Numbered from the stretch's first letter, positions 18,456 to 28,038 are shown. The stretch: DNA of 64,000 bases from Methanobacteriota archaeon (GCA_018650285.1 JABIGF010000001.1:34072-98071); one strand, 5' to 3'. Made by a program: numbers and translations. The notes: a model not told the origin generated them from the letters alone.

Positions 18456-20291
18456 ATGGAAATTAGAACACTATTCATTACATACATTCTCTGGTTACTA
18501 ATTGTCAGATTCATGACTGCACGTGGACTTGGCCCATTTGGCTCATTTGCTCGTGATTTGTCAGGTTTCATGCTTGGAAAGGGACTTGGTCCAGCAGCTG
18601 ATTTGATGGAAGACAAAGATGGAGGGGCAGCAAAGACTTGGTTTGCTCACGGTATCTTTTGGTTCATAATCGCAGCAACTCTTTCATTCCTTGGAATGTG
18701 GACAGCATACGAGCCCACAGCATTGGATTCGCTTAGTGCGATTGGATATTCACCAACAGAAGCACAATCTATTGCTGCAGTTCACGTCGTTACCGCTTTT
18801 GGTGCACTTTCAATGGTGCTGATGGCTGGTGGCTTTGCAGTTCAGAGTAAATTATCCAACGGTCGCATGGCTAACGAATCAACGACAGCCCTGCTAGCAT
18901 TTGTTTGGAGCGCAGTGGTGGGAGCAGGATTGATTCTTGCTCACACTGATTTAATCGGAACAAGTCTATGGTTTGAATTACCTCCAATTTACTACATGTT
19001 GCTTTCATTGTTAGCACTGCCTCTGTTCGCTAATCATCTATTGACGATGGCTCGTTCTAACTCGGTTGTTATGATCCCACAATGGTTCATTGTCATGGGA
19101 TATGCAGCATTTATCTGGTTAGGATTCCAATCAATGTTCCTTCTAGGTGGCGAAAACCACACACTATCGTGGCTACTCGTCAAGGTATTGTTTGGTGGAT
19201 GGTTGTTCTCACAAGCATTGGGTATTGCTCACCATGTAATACCAGCAAAACTTGGAACTCCTCTTTGGAGCCGTTCATTAGCCAATCTTGCACTACTAGG
19301 GACATTCTTGACCTTCTCTCCACTTGGGGCAGAAGCGACAGTCCCTGAAGCAGGTGACTTCCAAAGAGCGGTTGTAGCAATTCTATTATCACTCTCTTTG
19401 CTACCTATTATTGCAACAGTTGTTAATCTAACAAAGACTGCTAGTGGGCGTGCAATGGAATCGTATGGCGTCAAGTTCACACTAGTTGGTACCATTTTGC
19501 TTGTACCGATTGCACTTGGAAGCATGTTTGCATCAGTATCAGCATTTGGTGGCGGTAATGAGTTAGCACATATTTCTAGCACATTTGATATGATGGCTAT
19601 GTGGGGTGTTATCGGAATGATCGCTCTAGGTGGCGTCCACCTTCTTTTCCCTGAAGTTAGTGGTAGAGAATTGTTTAGCAGTTGCAAGACCAAATTGACT
19701 TTTTGGTTTGCAACAATTGGTATAATTGGATTTAGTTCAGCGCAATTAATTGCTGACTATGTCAATAATTCAATCAACGCACCTGATGTTGTATTGGCGT
19801 TAGAAGATGCTGGTGTTTCAGCAACTGGTGCAGGAGATGTACAAATATTTGCAGCAATGATGTTCTATGGGGTTGCTCTTGCAGGTATTTTTGCAGCACA
19901 AAATATGCTACAAGGTTCATTCCGTGGCAATCTCTTCTCAGATGCTGCGCCATCAGTGGATAGTGTACCTAGTCAAATGGACATTAGTGGAACAACATCG
20001 ATTCGCAGCCTACTTGCAGCAGGCGCAGGCGCTGATACAATTCTAACAGTTGAGAGTGGTTCATCCGTTGGCCGAATTTCATTAGCAGACATTACCCCAA
20101 CAGAAGAACCTGAAGAGGTTGAAGAAGTTGCAGAGACGGTTGAAGAACAAGTAGAAGAAGAGGCTGTAGAAATCCCTGCAAACCTTTCATCATTGTTGAA
20201 GGTTGAACTTGTTAACCTAGCAAACGACTTGGGTATTTCGTCAAAAGGAACAAAAGCGGCCCTCATTGAACGAATCAATTCAGTGAACTGA
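18456..20291 (+). CDS. polytopic (at least 12 TM) membrane protein with an acidic C-terminal tail ending in a SAP-like motif
   Basis: Many hydrophobic helices. The C-terminal LSSLLKVELVNLANDLGISSKGTKAALIERINSV matches the SAP/Rho-N helix-extended-helix motif. No confident family assignment. Confidence 0.4.
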   Translation: MEIRTLFITYILWLLIVRFMTARGLGPFGSFARDLSGFMLGKGLGPAADLMEDKDGGAAKTWFAHGIFWFIIAATLSFLGMWTAYEPTALDSLSAIGYSPTEAQSIAAVHVVTAFGALSMVLMAGGFAVQSKLSNGRMANESTTALLAFVWSAVVGAGLILAHTDLIGTSLWFELPPIYYMLLSLLALPLFANHLLTMARSNSVVMIPQWFIVMGYAAFIWLGFQSMFLLGGENHTLSWLLVKVLFGGWLFSQALGIAHHVIPAKLGTPLWSRSLANLALLGTFLTFSPLGAEATVPEAGDFQRAVVAILLSLSLLPIIATVVNLTKTASGRAMESYGVKFTLVGTILLVPIALGSMFASVSAFGGGNELAHISSTFDMMAMWGVIGMIALGGVHLLFPEVSGRELFSSCKTKLTFWFATIGIIGFSSAQLIADYVNNSINAPDVVLALEDAGVSATGAGDVQIFAAMMFYGVALAGIFAAQNMLQGSFRGNLFSDAAPSVDSVPSQMDISGTTSIRSLLAAGAGADTILTVESGSSVGRISLADITPTEEPEEVEEVAETVEEQVEEEAVEIPANLSSLLKVELVNLANDLGISSKGTKAALIERINSVN

Positions 20292-20344
20292 AATTGCGAA
20301 ATCGCCTTAGCCAACACCCCCATTCCATTTTACGAGGAATTGAG

Positions 20345-21619
20345 ATGCGTATCGGCTTAGTCGGGAAACCAAATGTGGGAAAATCAACGACATTTTCTGC
20401 ATTAACCGAAACCGTAGTTGACATAGCAAATTATCCATTTACGACAATTGATGCAAATGTTGGTGTCACATATTTGGCAGCAAATTCTCAATGTGCTTGC
20501 AAAGAATTAGTAGCGCGCCAAACAGAGAGTGGAAGGTCTGTAGAATTATCAGAGGAGCGAAAGGGCAGCATTTGCCAACCTAGAACTGGTGCATGCAACG
20601 CTCATGTGCGTCTTGTGCCTGTCACTTTAGTAGACGTGGCGGGATTGGTTCCTGGTGCCCACCAAGGGCGTGGGAGAGGTAATCAATTTCTTTCAGACCT
20701 TGCTAGTTGTGACGCATTGATTCAGGTAGTTGATGCTTCAGGAGGAACTGATATTGAGGGTAATCCAACCGGGCCAGGCGGTTCAAAACCAGAAGAGGAA
20801 TACGAATTCTTAGTGGAGGAATTAGCCGCTTGGATTGATGGTATCATCTCAAACGGGTGGTCAAAAGCAGTTCGCCGTATTCAATCAGAAGGAGAATCTG
20901 GATTAACAAATTTTGTTTATGATCAATTGACAGGTATCGGTGCAACTCTCTTAGATATTGGAATAGCACTGGATTCATTTCGCAGAGCCAATCCCGATAT
21001 ACCATCAATTTCAGTATGGGGTGATGAAGAAAGAAGAATACTTTCGGACGTTCTTCGCCGCCAACTATTCCCATTGTATGTGGCTGCGAACAAGGCTGAT
21101 TTGGCTGAAAAAAAGGTATATTCTACATTACAAAAGCAGGTGCAATCAGCTGGTGGCCTTTTTGTAACTTGTAGCGCTGAAACTGAATTGGCACTGCGCA
21201 GGGCTTCAAAGGCGGGCGCTATTATCTATACACCAGGTGAATCGACGTTCAATGTTAATCTTGAAAGTGAGTTGAACGATGCGCAAAGAAGAGGGTTGTC
21301 TGAACTTCATGATAGAATTTCTAGAATGGATGGGACTGGATTGAATGAACTATTGAATGCGGTAGTTTTTGACCGTTTGGAACAAATAGTTGCTTACCCT
21401 GTACAAGACGAAACTCATTGGGCAGACGGAGATGGGCGAACCCTTCCTGATGCACTTTTGGTGTCTCGTGGTACGACCGCCAAAGGACTGGCGTATGCGG
21501 TTCACTCAGATTTAGGTGATGGATTCATCAAAGCACTTGATGCGAGAACAGGGCGAGTTATTGGCGCTGACCAAGAACTTGAGGACAATGATGTCATCAA
21601 GATTCACGCGAAAACCTGA
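20345..21619 (+). CDS. YchF/OLA1-like Obg-family GTPase with a C-terminal TGS-like domain and a 4-Cys insertion
   Basis: G1 motif GLVGKPNVGKST, then NYPFTTID, VDVAGLVPGAHQGRGRGNQF, a C-terminal HSDLGDGFIKA... region and DNDVIKI. A Cys-containing insert (CACKEL...CQPRTGAC) sits between G2 and G3. Confidence 0.65.
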   Translation: MRIGLVGKPNVGKSTTFSALTETVVDIANYPFTTIDANVGVTYLAANSQCACKELVARQTESGRSVELSEERKGSICQPRTGACNAHVRLVPVTLVDVAGLVPGAHQGRGRGNQFLSDLASCDALIQVVDASGGTDIEGNPTGPGGSKPEEEYEFLVEELAAWIDGIISNGWSKAVRRIQSEGESGLTNFVYDQLTGIGATLLDIGIALDSFRRANPDIPSISVWGDEERRILSDVLRRQLFPLYVAANKADLAEKKVYSTLQKQVQSAGGLFVTCSAETELALRRASKAGAIIYTPGESTFNVNLESELNDAQRRGLSELHDRISRMDGTGLNELLNAVVFDRLEQIVAYPVQDETHWADGDGRTLPDALLVSRGTTAKGLAYAVHSDLGDGFIKALDARTGRVIGADQELEDNDVIKIHAKT

Positions 21620-21627
21620 GGTTTAAC

Positions 21628-22686
21628 TTACTCTAGGCTGTCAAAATCTGGTGCGGCTGGTAGATCATCGGCTGGAATAGTTGATGCTTCTTCAACAACT
21701 GGTGCTTCTTCGATTGTCTCTACAACTTCTTTTTCAATAACTGAATGAAGGTCAGCATCAGATTCGAGTAGGTCATCAGCATCGATGATTGATAAATTTT
21801 CAAGGTATGCATCATTTTCTTCATCGGTGAAATCATTTTTTGCATTTTTGCCCGTGCCACCTAACCTACCATAGTCGTAAGGCAGTACTAGTGAAATTAG
21901 TGTATGTTGTTCCATTCCTAGTTCGCCAACGGTTTGTAGGCGACGCAATTCGAGAAGTTCTGGGTTCTGTGCTAGTGTATTTGCTGCGTGTGCTAGATTC
22001 TTGACAGCCTCTACCTCACCTTCTGCACGGCGGAGACGTGCTTTACGCTCTCTCTGTGCTTCTGCTTCACGAGCAATTGCTCTCTGCATGTCTGTTGGAA
22101 TTACTACATCTGTAATGTCAATGCGAGTAATATCAATCCCCAGTGGTAGTGAGAAGGTATCTAGAATGTGCTCCATACGGTTAGCGATAGTCTCTCTCTT
22201 GGAAAGAAGTTCATCAAGTGTAAATTCTCCAATAACAACGCGTAGAGCTGACATTGTTGCTTGCCGAATGACAGTTGCAGGGTCTGATACCGCTAGAACT
22301 GAAGTCATTGGGTCAATAACCTTCCAATAGACGACACCATCCACTTTGATACTAACATTGTCTCTTGTGATGCAAATTTGTCCAGGGACGTTCTCTGGAC
22401 GGTCACGAATATCAACAGCCAAAAACTCATCAATTATTGGCCAGCGGAAACCAAGTCCTACCGGATTCACCTTCACTGGCTTTCCGAAGCGGAACTTGAT
22501 ACCTCTCTCATATTGGTCAAAGACGGTAATCCATCCACGTCGTGGCCAAGTACCTCTTGGTGGGTATGCAGTTGGTTCTCCACCAGATGCAGCAAACATC
22601 CCACCAGCGGCTTTCAATCCAAGAATGATAAGTGCTCCAATTAAACCTAAGGCGGCACCGCAAAACAATTCAACAATAATTGCCAT
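21628..22686 (-). CDS. SPFH/band-7 (stomatin/prohibitin-like) protein
   Basis: N-terminal TM helix, an SPFH core and a coiled-coil with an EA-rich region (AREAEAQRERKARLRRAEGE). Confidence 0.6.
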   Translation of the reverse strand: MAIIVELFCGAALGLIGALIILGLKAAGGMFAASGGEPTAYPPRGTWPRRGWITVFDQYERGIKFRFGKPVKVNPVGLGFRWPIIDEFLAVDIRDRPENVPGQICITRDNVSIKVDGVVYWKVIDPMTSVLAVSDPATVIRQATMSALRVVIGEFTLDELLSKRETIANRMEHILDTFSLPLGIDITRIDITDVVIPTDMQRAIAREAEAQRERKARLRRAEGEVEAVKNLAHAANTLAQNPELLELRRLQTVGELGMEQHTLISLVLPYDYGRLGGTGKNAKNDFTDEENDAYLENLSIIDADDLLESDADLHSVIEKEVVETIEEAPVVEEASTIPADDLPAAPDFDSLE

Positions 22687-23465
22687 TATTTACCGCCCCC
22701 TGAAAGGAATTCACCAAGAGGACCAGAACTGAAGTCTAGTAAAGTATCTGGTAACATCATGATGCGGGTTGCATTGTTTTCTGCACCCACTTCTGAAAGC
22801 ACTTGAAGTCGGCGTAGTTCCATCAATGCTGGGAAGCGAGCAAACAATTCCTCTGCTTCTGCTAACTTGCTTGCCGATTCACGCTCTGCACTTGCCTTGA
22901 TGACTCTAGAACGTGCCTCTCTGTCCGCTTCTGCTTCTTTGGCCATTGCTCGAGTTAAATCGTGAGGAAGTTGCATGTCTGTTAATTCAACATGACGTAC
23001 ATCAATTCCCCATGGGTCTGTGGCGTCATCAAGATTGGTTCTAATTCTCTCAGCAACCTGTTCTCTTTCTTGAAGAACTTCGTCAAGTGGAACTGAACCA
23101 AACACATCTCGAAGGGCACCCATTGCTGCCATTCCAATAGATGCTCGTGCGTTTGTCACCTTGTTGACAGCATCACCAGGGTCTCGTACGCGATAGAAGA
23201 TAACGGCGTCAATAGTCAATGAAATGTTATCCTTTGTAACCACTGATTGTCCTGGTACGTCATTAATGAGTAGGCGCATATCCCATCTCACTAAACGGTC
23301 AAAGAATGGGACTACAAATCTAATTCCTGGTTTCAATATTCCACGATAAGTTCCAAGTCGGAATACAACAGCCCCTTCCCAATGTTTGATGATTTTGAGA
23401 AAACTCCCAAAAAACATTGCCAATACAAAAGTTACGATACCAACGAAGAAGAAGGTGACTGCCAT
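22686..23465 (-). CDS. SPFH/band-7 protein (second paralog, in tandem)
   Basis: N-terminal TM helix, an SPFH core and a coiled-coil (AMAKEAEADREARSRVIKASAERE). Confidence 0.6.
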   Translation of the reverse strand: MAVTFFFVGIVTFVLAMFFGSFLKIIKHWEGAVVFRLGTYRGILKPGIRFVVPFFDRLVRWDMRLLINDVPGQSVVTKDNISLTIDAVIFYRVRDPGDAVNKVTNARASIGMAAMGALRDVFGSVPLDEVLQEREQVAERIRTNLDDATDPWGIDVRHVELTDMQLPHDLTRAMAKEAEADREARSRVIKASAERESASKLAEAEELFARFPALMELRRLQVLSEVGAENNATRIMMLPDTLLDFSSGPLGEFLSGGGK

Positions 23466-23556
23466 GTACCGGTGGCAATTATTCTATGATATGAGCATAT
23501 CCCCGACATTCTTCAAAATTAATAATTAGGCGATATAGCAAATTAATAAATTGTTA

Positions 23557-24300
23557 TCAAATGTTGAATAATAGCCATTCAATTGCCTGTTTCATAAACA
23601 ACAAATTATCGCCTTGTTCAATGTAGCCATTTGCCGCAATGTTGCTATCTCCGACGACTAACAAACGGCCATTCAGTTCACTAGCTGCGGCTATTGGTAA
23701 TTCGCCTTGTACTTCATCATCATCTAATGTAGAATCTAAATCAACATCACCAAATGATGTTGCGAAAGTTGATGCCAATGCAACTGCATCGTCTTTTACA
23801 CGAAGTGAACAGCCAGAGAAGTAGATAATTTCGTCAAGACCCTCGGTCACAGGATGGTTAGCGAAATTTTGGATACGCACATAATGAGGAATCGCCTGTT
23901 CTCCAAGAACTACGCCTCCAAGTTCTACTTTTTGAGTCACATGTTCTTCATGATCGGTCACTCGGTCTTTTTGCAATTCAATACCAAAAGGAATTGTAAG
24001 TTGGTTGAGGTAATCAATATGGCCATACAAATCTCCCCACTCTGCTAGCAGAAATACAGATTTTCCATCACGCAAATGTGTTTGAAGCGCCATCATTTCT
24101 TCAACTGAAAATTTATGCTTTGGAAATGGAATAATGATAACATCCCATGGAAGATTTTGAGTGACATCATACTCACTGTTGATAATTTCTAATGTGTGGT
24201 CTTCTTTTTCAAGAAGGCTTGCTAAAGAAGTTAGGCCATCCGCATCAGGGTTTGCCATAGAAGGACCCATGTGGTATTCATCGAATCCGATGAGCCCCAT
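23557..24300 (-). CDS. hypothetical protein (possibly a DUF4350/GldG-like fold)
   Basis: ORF only; there is a weak resemblance to amidotransferase-like folds. Confidence 0.25.
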   Translation of the reverse strand: MGLIGFDEYHMGPSMANPDADGLTSLASLLEKEDHTLEIINSEYDVTQNLPWDVIIIPFPKHKFSVEEMMALQTHLRDGKSVFLLAEWGDLYGHIDYLNQLTIPFGIELQKDRVTDHEEHVTQKVELGGVVLGEQAIPHYVRIQNFANHPVTEGLDEIIYFSGCSLRVKDDAVALASTFATSFGDVDLDSTLDDDEVQGELPIAAASELNGRLLVVGDSNIAANGYIEQGDNLLFMKQAIEWLLFNI

Positions 24301-24310
24301 CCATTCACCT

Positions 24311-25024
24311 TCAGATGTCCTCTGCTACGGCTGTGATTTCAAGGGTGTAAAGGACAGCACGCCATGATACTGTGACGTCTTCATCATTATCTAATTCAAG
24401 GGGGTTTAATACACCCCCAAGGTTCTGTACATTGAGTGTTACAGAAGTCAACCATTCACCGGTTCCATTGCCACCATCTGTCCATTGCGCCTCAATGTCA
24501 TTCTTGCTAACGCCATCAGCGATGTAGGATGCGCCATCCCATGCGGGTGTGATTTGAATTGTGAAACTCACAGCATCTCCATTACAAGAGCCGCTACCGG
24601 ATTCATCATCAGGAGTTCCTTCAACTTCAGAAAAATCAGTTTGTACATCAACAGAATCAGTTGCCCCAGGGCCTGGTTCATCATTGTCATTGCAACTGAC
24701 AGTGATTTCGACATATCCAATCATCATGTCACCAGAATCTAGGTCAAAGAAGAAATCACCTTGTTCGCCATCACCAAGATTCATTGTTTCATCAGAGGTG
24801 AGATTATCTTGAATGAAATCGACATTCCATTTTCCCTTTGCTCCAACCGCTCCGCCACCGGCAGCATCAGATGTTGATGCCATGAATGAAAAATAGGCTG
24901 GGAATACAATTGCGAAAACAATTGAAACAACCAATATTGTGATTGCTCTTTGAGAGCCAAATAATTTGTCTGACAACGACACGCCCACGCCTCCAACAAT
25001 TGGTGGGGGCCCTTGTTTTATCAA
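24311..25024 (-). CDS. secreted acidic protein with an N-terminal TM/signal anchor
   Basis: N-terminal hydrophobic helix followed by a D/E/G/T-rich ectodomain. Confidence 0.3.
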   Translation of the reverse strand: MIKQGPPPIVGGVGVSLSDKLFGSQRAITILVVSIVFAIVFPAYFSFMASTSDAAGGGAVGAKGKWNVDFIQDNLTSDETMNLGDGEQGDFFFDLDSGDMMIGYVEITVSCNDNDEPGPGATDSVDVQTDFSEVEGTPDDESGSGSCNGDAVSFTIQITPAWDGASYIADGVSKNDIEAQWTDGGNGTGEWLTSVTLNVQNLGGVLNPLELDNDEDVTVSWRAVLYTLEITAVAEDI

Positions 25025-25041
25025 TGTGCCACCGGAGGGTG

Positions 25042-25560
25042 TTATTCTTCTTCATCAGGAAGTAGCCAATTATTGGGTGGCCAACTTGGCAAATTTTGGT
25101 CGGGCCAACTACCTTTTTTGACTTCAACTCCCTGGTTTCTAAAAGTCTTCTTTGACCTCCCCCAAACAGGCAACAGGAAGCCAATTGTGGAGCGTTCACC
25201 AAATGACCATTTCCATGGGCAACGAGGAAGTCGTGAGGACCATTGTGCGAAAAGTTTCCGCCATTCGTCTTCTAATTCATTTGGAATTAACCATTCAACA
25301 ATCGTTAGTGAGCCAGCAGCACCTTGGACATGACTGTAAGCTTCCATAGCCACTTCTTTGAGAGGCCCATTTTCTATGACCATGCCAATTGTCCTTGCAC
25401 CTTGTGCCAATGGGACAATAACAGCCCATCTATCGACAAGACGACTACCATGGATTCTACGAGCAGACCAATTTGCTTCAATGATTAATTGTCGAAAAGC
25501 CCTGACAGCGTCAGTTGGTGAGATACAAGTCTCAACCTTGAGGTGTCGTGGTGCGGCCAT
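25042..25560 (-). CDS. hypothetical protein
   Basis: ORF of 172 aa with an acidic C-terminus. No recognisable motifs. Confidence 0.25.
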   Translation of the reverse strand: MAAPRHLKVETCISPTDAVRAFRQLIIEANWSARRIHGSRLVDRWAVIVPLAQGARTIGMVIENGPLKEVAMEAYSHVQGAAGSLTIVEWLIPNELEDEWRKLFAQWSSRLPRCPWKWSFGERSTIGFLLPVWGRSKKTFRNQGVEVKKGSWPDQNLPSWPPNNWLLPDEEE

Positions 25561-25703
25561 ATCTATCGCTCACGCTCCTTAGTGATAATCGATTGCACTA
25601 ATTTGTTGTGGTGAAGTACTAAGTGAATTGCTGTGTTGTTGAGCATTCGCACTAGATAGCATACCGCGTAGGCGGCGAGCAAAGTTCAGTCGTTGTTTAC
25701 AAC

Positions 25704-26018
25704 TCAGCCGAATAGAGAGCCAAGACCCTCGAATTCAGCGCCGTCGTCCTCATCTTCCTCTGCAGCAGCTTCCTCTTCAGGAGCAGCTTCAGCGGCAGTA
25801 GAACCACCAGCAGCTGGTGCGGCAACCGGTGCAGCGACAGCAGCGCTCATCGCTTCTCCGATGTCAACGTCACTTAGGCTAGCAACGAGCGCTTTTACGC
25901 GCGCGTCGTCAGCAGAGACGCCAGCGGCCTTTAGGACCGCACCGACATTCTTTTCGTTGATCTCATTCTCAGCCGAGTGCAACAACATTGCAGTATATAC
26001 ATATTCCATTTTTTTCAC
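25704..26018 (-). CDS. rpl12: 50S ribosomal stalk protein P1 (aL12)
   Basis: [19 protein letters not shown]... followed by an Ala/Glu-rich hinge and the conserved C-terminus [15 protein letters not shown]. Confidence 0.9.
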   Translation of the reverse strand: MKKMEYVYTAMLLHSAENEINEKNVGAVLKAAGVSADDARVKALVASLSDVDIGEAMSAAVAAPVAAPAAGGSTAAEAAPEEEAAAEEDEDDGAEFEGLGSLFG

Positions 26019-26024
26019 TTCCTT

Positions 26025-27035
26025 TTAACCAAATAGGTCACCGAGGCCATCAAAGGCCCCTTCTTCTTCTTCCGGCTCGGCTTCTTCAGCAGCGGCTTCA
26101 GGAGCCGCTGCCTCAGTAGGTGCAGCGGCAACGGCTGTTGCTGCTGAACCGAGCATACTCGATAGTTCATCATCGAGTGCGGAAGAATCTAGTTGGCCCG
26201 CAAGGGCCATTGCACGCGCATTTGCACGAGCGATGAATAGAGGCACAGTTTCACTGTTAGTGACACCAGCCTCGACAGCGACAGAGAGCGCCTCGCTCTT
26301 TGCCTTTGATAGGAGTACGGGCATTGTTTCTGGTGTGAACCAGCGTACATTGCAAGCAACATTGAATGAGCCTGATACAGCTTGTGCAATTTTGTTGCGG
26401 AATCCATCAAGGTCAAGGTCAAGGTCTTCAGTAGGCATCAAGATTCCATCTTGAATTGCACCACAGAGAATAATTCCGATTTCAATCGGCTTGATTCCAA
26501 GTTTGTCAAGCATTAGACCAAGGTCACCAGGAATTGAGTCACCTGCATTTACAACAGTAACCGTTTTTTGAATCATTACCTTACCTTTGTCAATCTTTGC
26601 AGGAATACCGACTGCTGAAAGTTCTCCAACAATTGGTCCAGGTGCGAAATCAGTTACACCTTCTTCAACAATAATGTCTTGTGGTGCGATATCACCTTCT
26701 TTTGCAGAGCGACCAGTTCGGGTCTTTTCGAGTTCGTTGAATAATTGAAAAGCATTCAATTGCGATGTATGGACAAGTACAGGTTGATCAGCCTTTGCCA
26801 TCATCTCTTCTAGCATAGCATCGTCCAAACCAACCTCTTTCCATGCTATACGGAAGAGTGTCTTCTTTGCCATTGTTAGAGTCATATCGCTCTTTCGTAG
26901 TTCTGCACGCATTCCTAGCATTGCAGTTGCTGGGACTCCAGTAGTATCAACGATTCCAAGAACTCCATCCTTCTTGAGAAGATCAGTAAGGTCAGACACG
27001 CGGTCTCTTTTCCAGCCCATGACTTTTGGAATCAT
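26025..27035 (-). CDS. rpl10: 50S ribosomal protein P0 (uL10)
   Basis: Stalk-type C-terminus EEEGAFDGLGDLFG. The start is at the internal ATG (MIPKVMGWKRDR...), overlapping the L1 stop by 4 nt (ATGA). The ORF track extension to 27140 uses a GTG. Confidence 0.85.
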   Translation of the reverse strand: MIPKVMGWKRDRVSDLTDLLKKDGVLGIVDTTGVPATAMLGMRAELRKSDMTLTMAKKTLFRIAWKEVGLDDAMLEEMMAKADQPVLVHTSQLNAFQLFNELEKTRTGRSAKEGDIAPQDIIVEEGVTDFAPGPIVGELSAVGIPAKIDKGKVMIQKTVTVVNAGDSIPGDLGLMLDKLGIKPIEIGIILCGAIQDGILMPTEDLDLDLDGFRNKIAQAVSGSFNVACNVRWFTPETMPVLLSKAKSEALSVAVEAGVTNSETVPLFIARANARAMALAGQLDSSALDDELSSMLGSAATAVAAAPTEAAAPEAAAEEAEPEEEEGAFDGLGDLFG

Positions 27036-27679
27036 CCGCCTTCCACCTCCACTTTGATAGAAGGACCCATGCTGGTTTTGATGTATAGTGAACGAATGTT
27101 TCCTACACCACGTTCCAATTTGGATGTTACACGCTTCCACATTTCAATGGCATTTGCTGTAATGTTTTCTTCAGATTGTGTACGGGAACCAACAATTGTG
27201 TGGAAAGTAACTCTATCACGGCTACGGATAATTGCTGTGCTCTGTAGACCAGAAGCAATCATGCCAGGGTCAACATTTGGTGGGACTGGGCGAGGCATTT
27301 TACCACGTGGACCTAGAACAATACCGAGGTATCGTCCGATGGTCGCCATGTGAGGTACTTCAGAGAGGAAGAAGTCGTGCCTTTTTGCTAATTTTCGAGC
27401 CTTCTGACGGTTACCACCCAAATCTTCAATTTGACTTGGATCAATAACGACTAAGCCAGCTTCTTTTGCTTTGGTAGCCATTTCACCACCAGCAAAGATT
27501 GCGATGCTGATTTCTTTACCGCGCCCGTGTGGGAGACGTACATTTTCTTCAATTCTGTTTGAAGGATTCTTCAAATCAACATCTTTGATGGTAAAAGCCA
27601 TCTCAATGCTTTCAACGAACTTGCGCTCAGGAGCCATTTCTAGCGCCTTTTTTATTGCTTCATTAATTTTGTTTTCCAT
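27032..27679 (-). CDS. rpl1: 50S ribosomal protein uL1
   Basis: L1 fold sequence (MENKINEAIKKALEMAPERKF..., GRGKEISIAIFA...). GGTGA lies upstream of the ATG at 27679. It sits at the conserved L11-L1-L10-L12 cluster position. Confidence 0.85.
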   Translation of the reverse strand: MENKINEAIKKALEMAPERKFVESIEMAFTIKDVDLKNPSNRIEENVRLPHGRGKEISIAIFAGGEMATKAKEAGLVVIDPSQIEDLGGNRQKARKLAKRHDFFLSEVPHMATIGRYLGIVLGPRGKMPRPVPPNVDPGMIASGLQSTAIIRSRDRVTFHTIVGSRTQSEENITANAIEMWKRVTSKLERGVGNIRSLYIKTSMGPSIKVEVEGG

Positions 27680-27732
27680 TTTTCTCACCTCTGCGGTAAA
27701 CGAGGTTTCCCTCTCCCGCAATTCGTGGTTGT

Positions 27733-28038
27733 TTAATTGAATCTGCTATCATGTTCTCCTGCTTTTACTTGCTTGATGAAATCTTTTGGCACGATGCCTT
27801 CGATATGGCAGCGCATTGATACGCATGTTCCCATGACTTCTAATGAACGCTGCTTGACACCTACGCCTGTCAAATCATCCGCCTTCTCTTTTGAAATTGT
27901 AATAATTTGGTCGAGTGTAATGTTGTGAACTTCTGGGTCTGAGCCGGTATCAGTTTCACCTTCCCATGAGCCATTGAATTTCTTACCCTTGCCAATAACG
28001 GCGGTGCGAATGCGTCTTGCTGTCCAGTTGTCTGACAT
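27733..28038 (-). CDS. rpl11: ribosomal protein uL11, C-terminal rRNA-binding domain only (101 aa); the N-terminal domain is not encoded
   Basis: The sequence aligns to the archaeal L11 C-terminal domain (LDQIITISKEKADDL...LEVMGTCVSMRCHIEGIVPKDFIKQVKAGEHD). The ATG at 28038 is preceded by GGTGA. An in-frame TGA lies 3 codons upstream, and the spt5 stop is 66 nt upstream. Confidence 0.65.
   Translation of the reverse strand: MSDNWTARRIRTAVIGKGKKFNGSWEGETDTGSDPEVHNITLDQIITISKEKADDLTGVGVKQRSLEVMGTCVSMRCHIEGIVPKDFIKQVKAGEHDSRFN

Noticed and set aside
18456-20291. Possible heme-copper oxidase subunit I, based on HLLFPEV and HHVIP motifs
   Set aside because: The order and spacing of the candidate His ligands do not match subunit I (HPEV-like precedes the HH pair in true oxidases), and there are no accompanying subunit II/III genes.
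25693-26028. Plus-strand 111-aa Ala/Ser-rich ORF
   Set aside because: It is antisense to the well-supported rpl12 (P1) gene and is a mirror of its Ala/Glu-rich hinge. It is not a real gene.
27032-27140. N-terminal extension of P0 (ORF track start at 27140) overlapping rpl1
   Set aside because: The extension starts at a GTG and would overlap rpl1 by about 105 nt. The internal ATG at 27035 gives the canonical 4-nt ATGA overlap and a normal P0 N-terminus.
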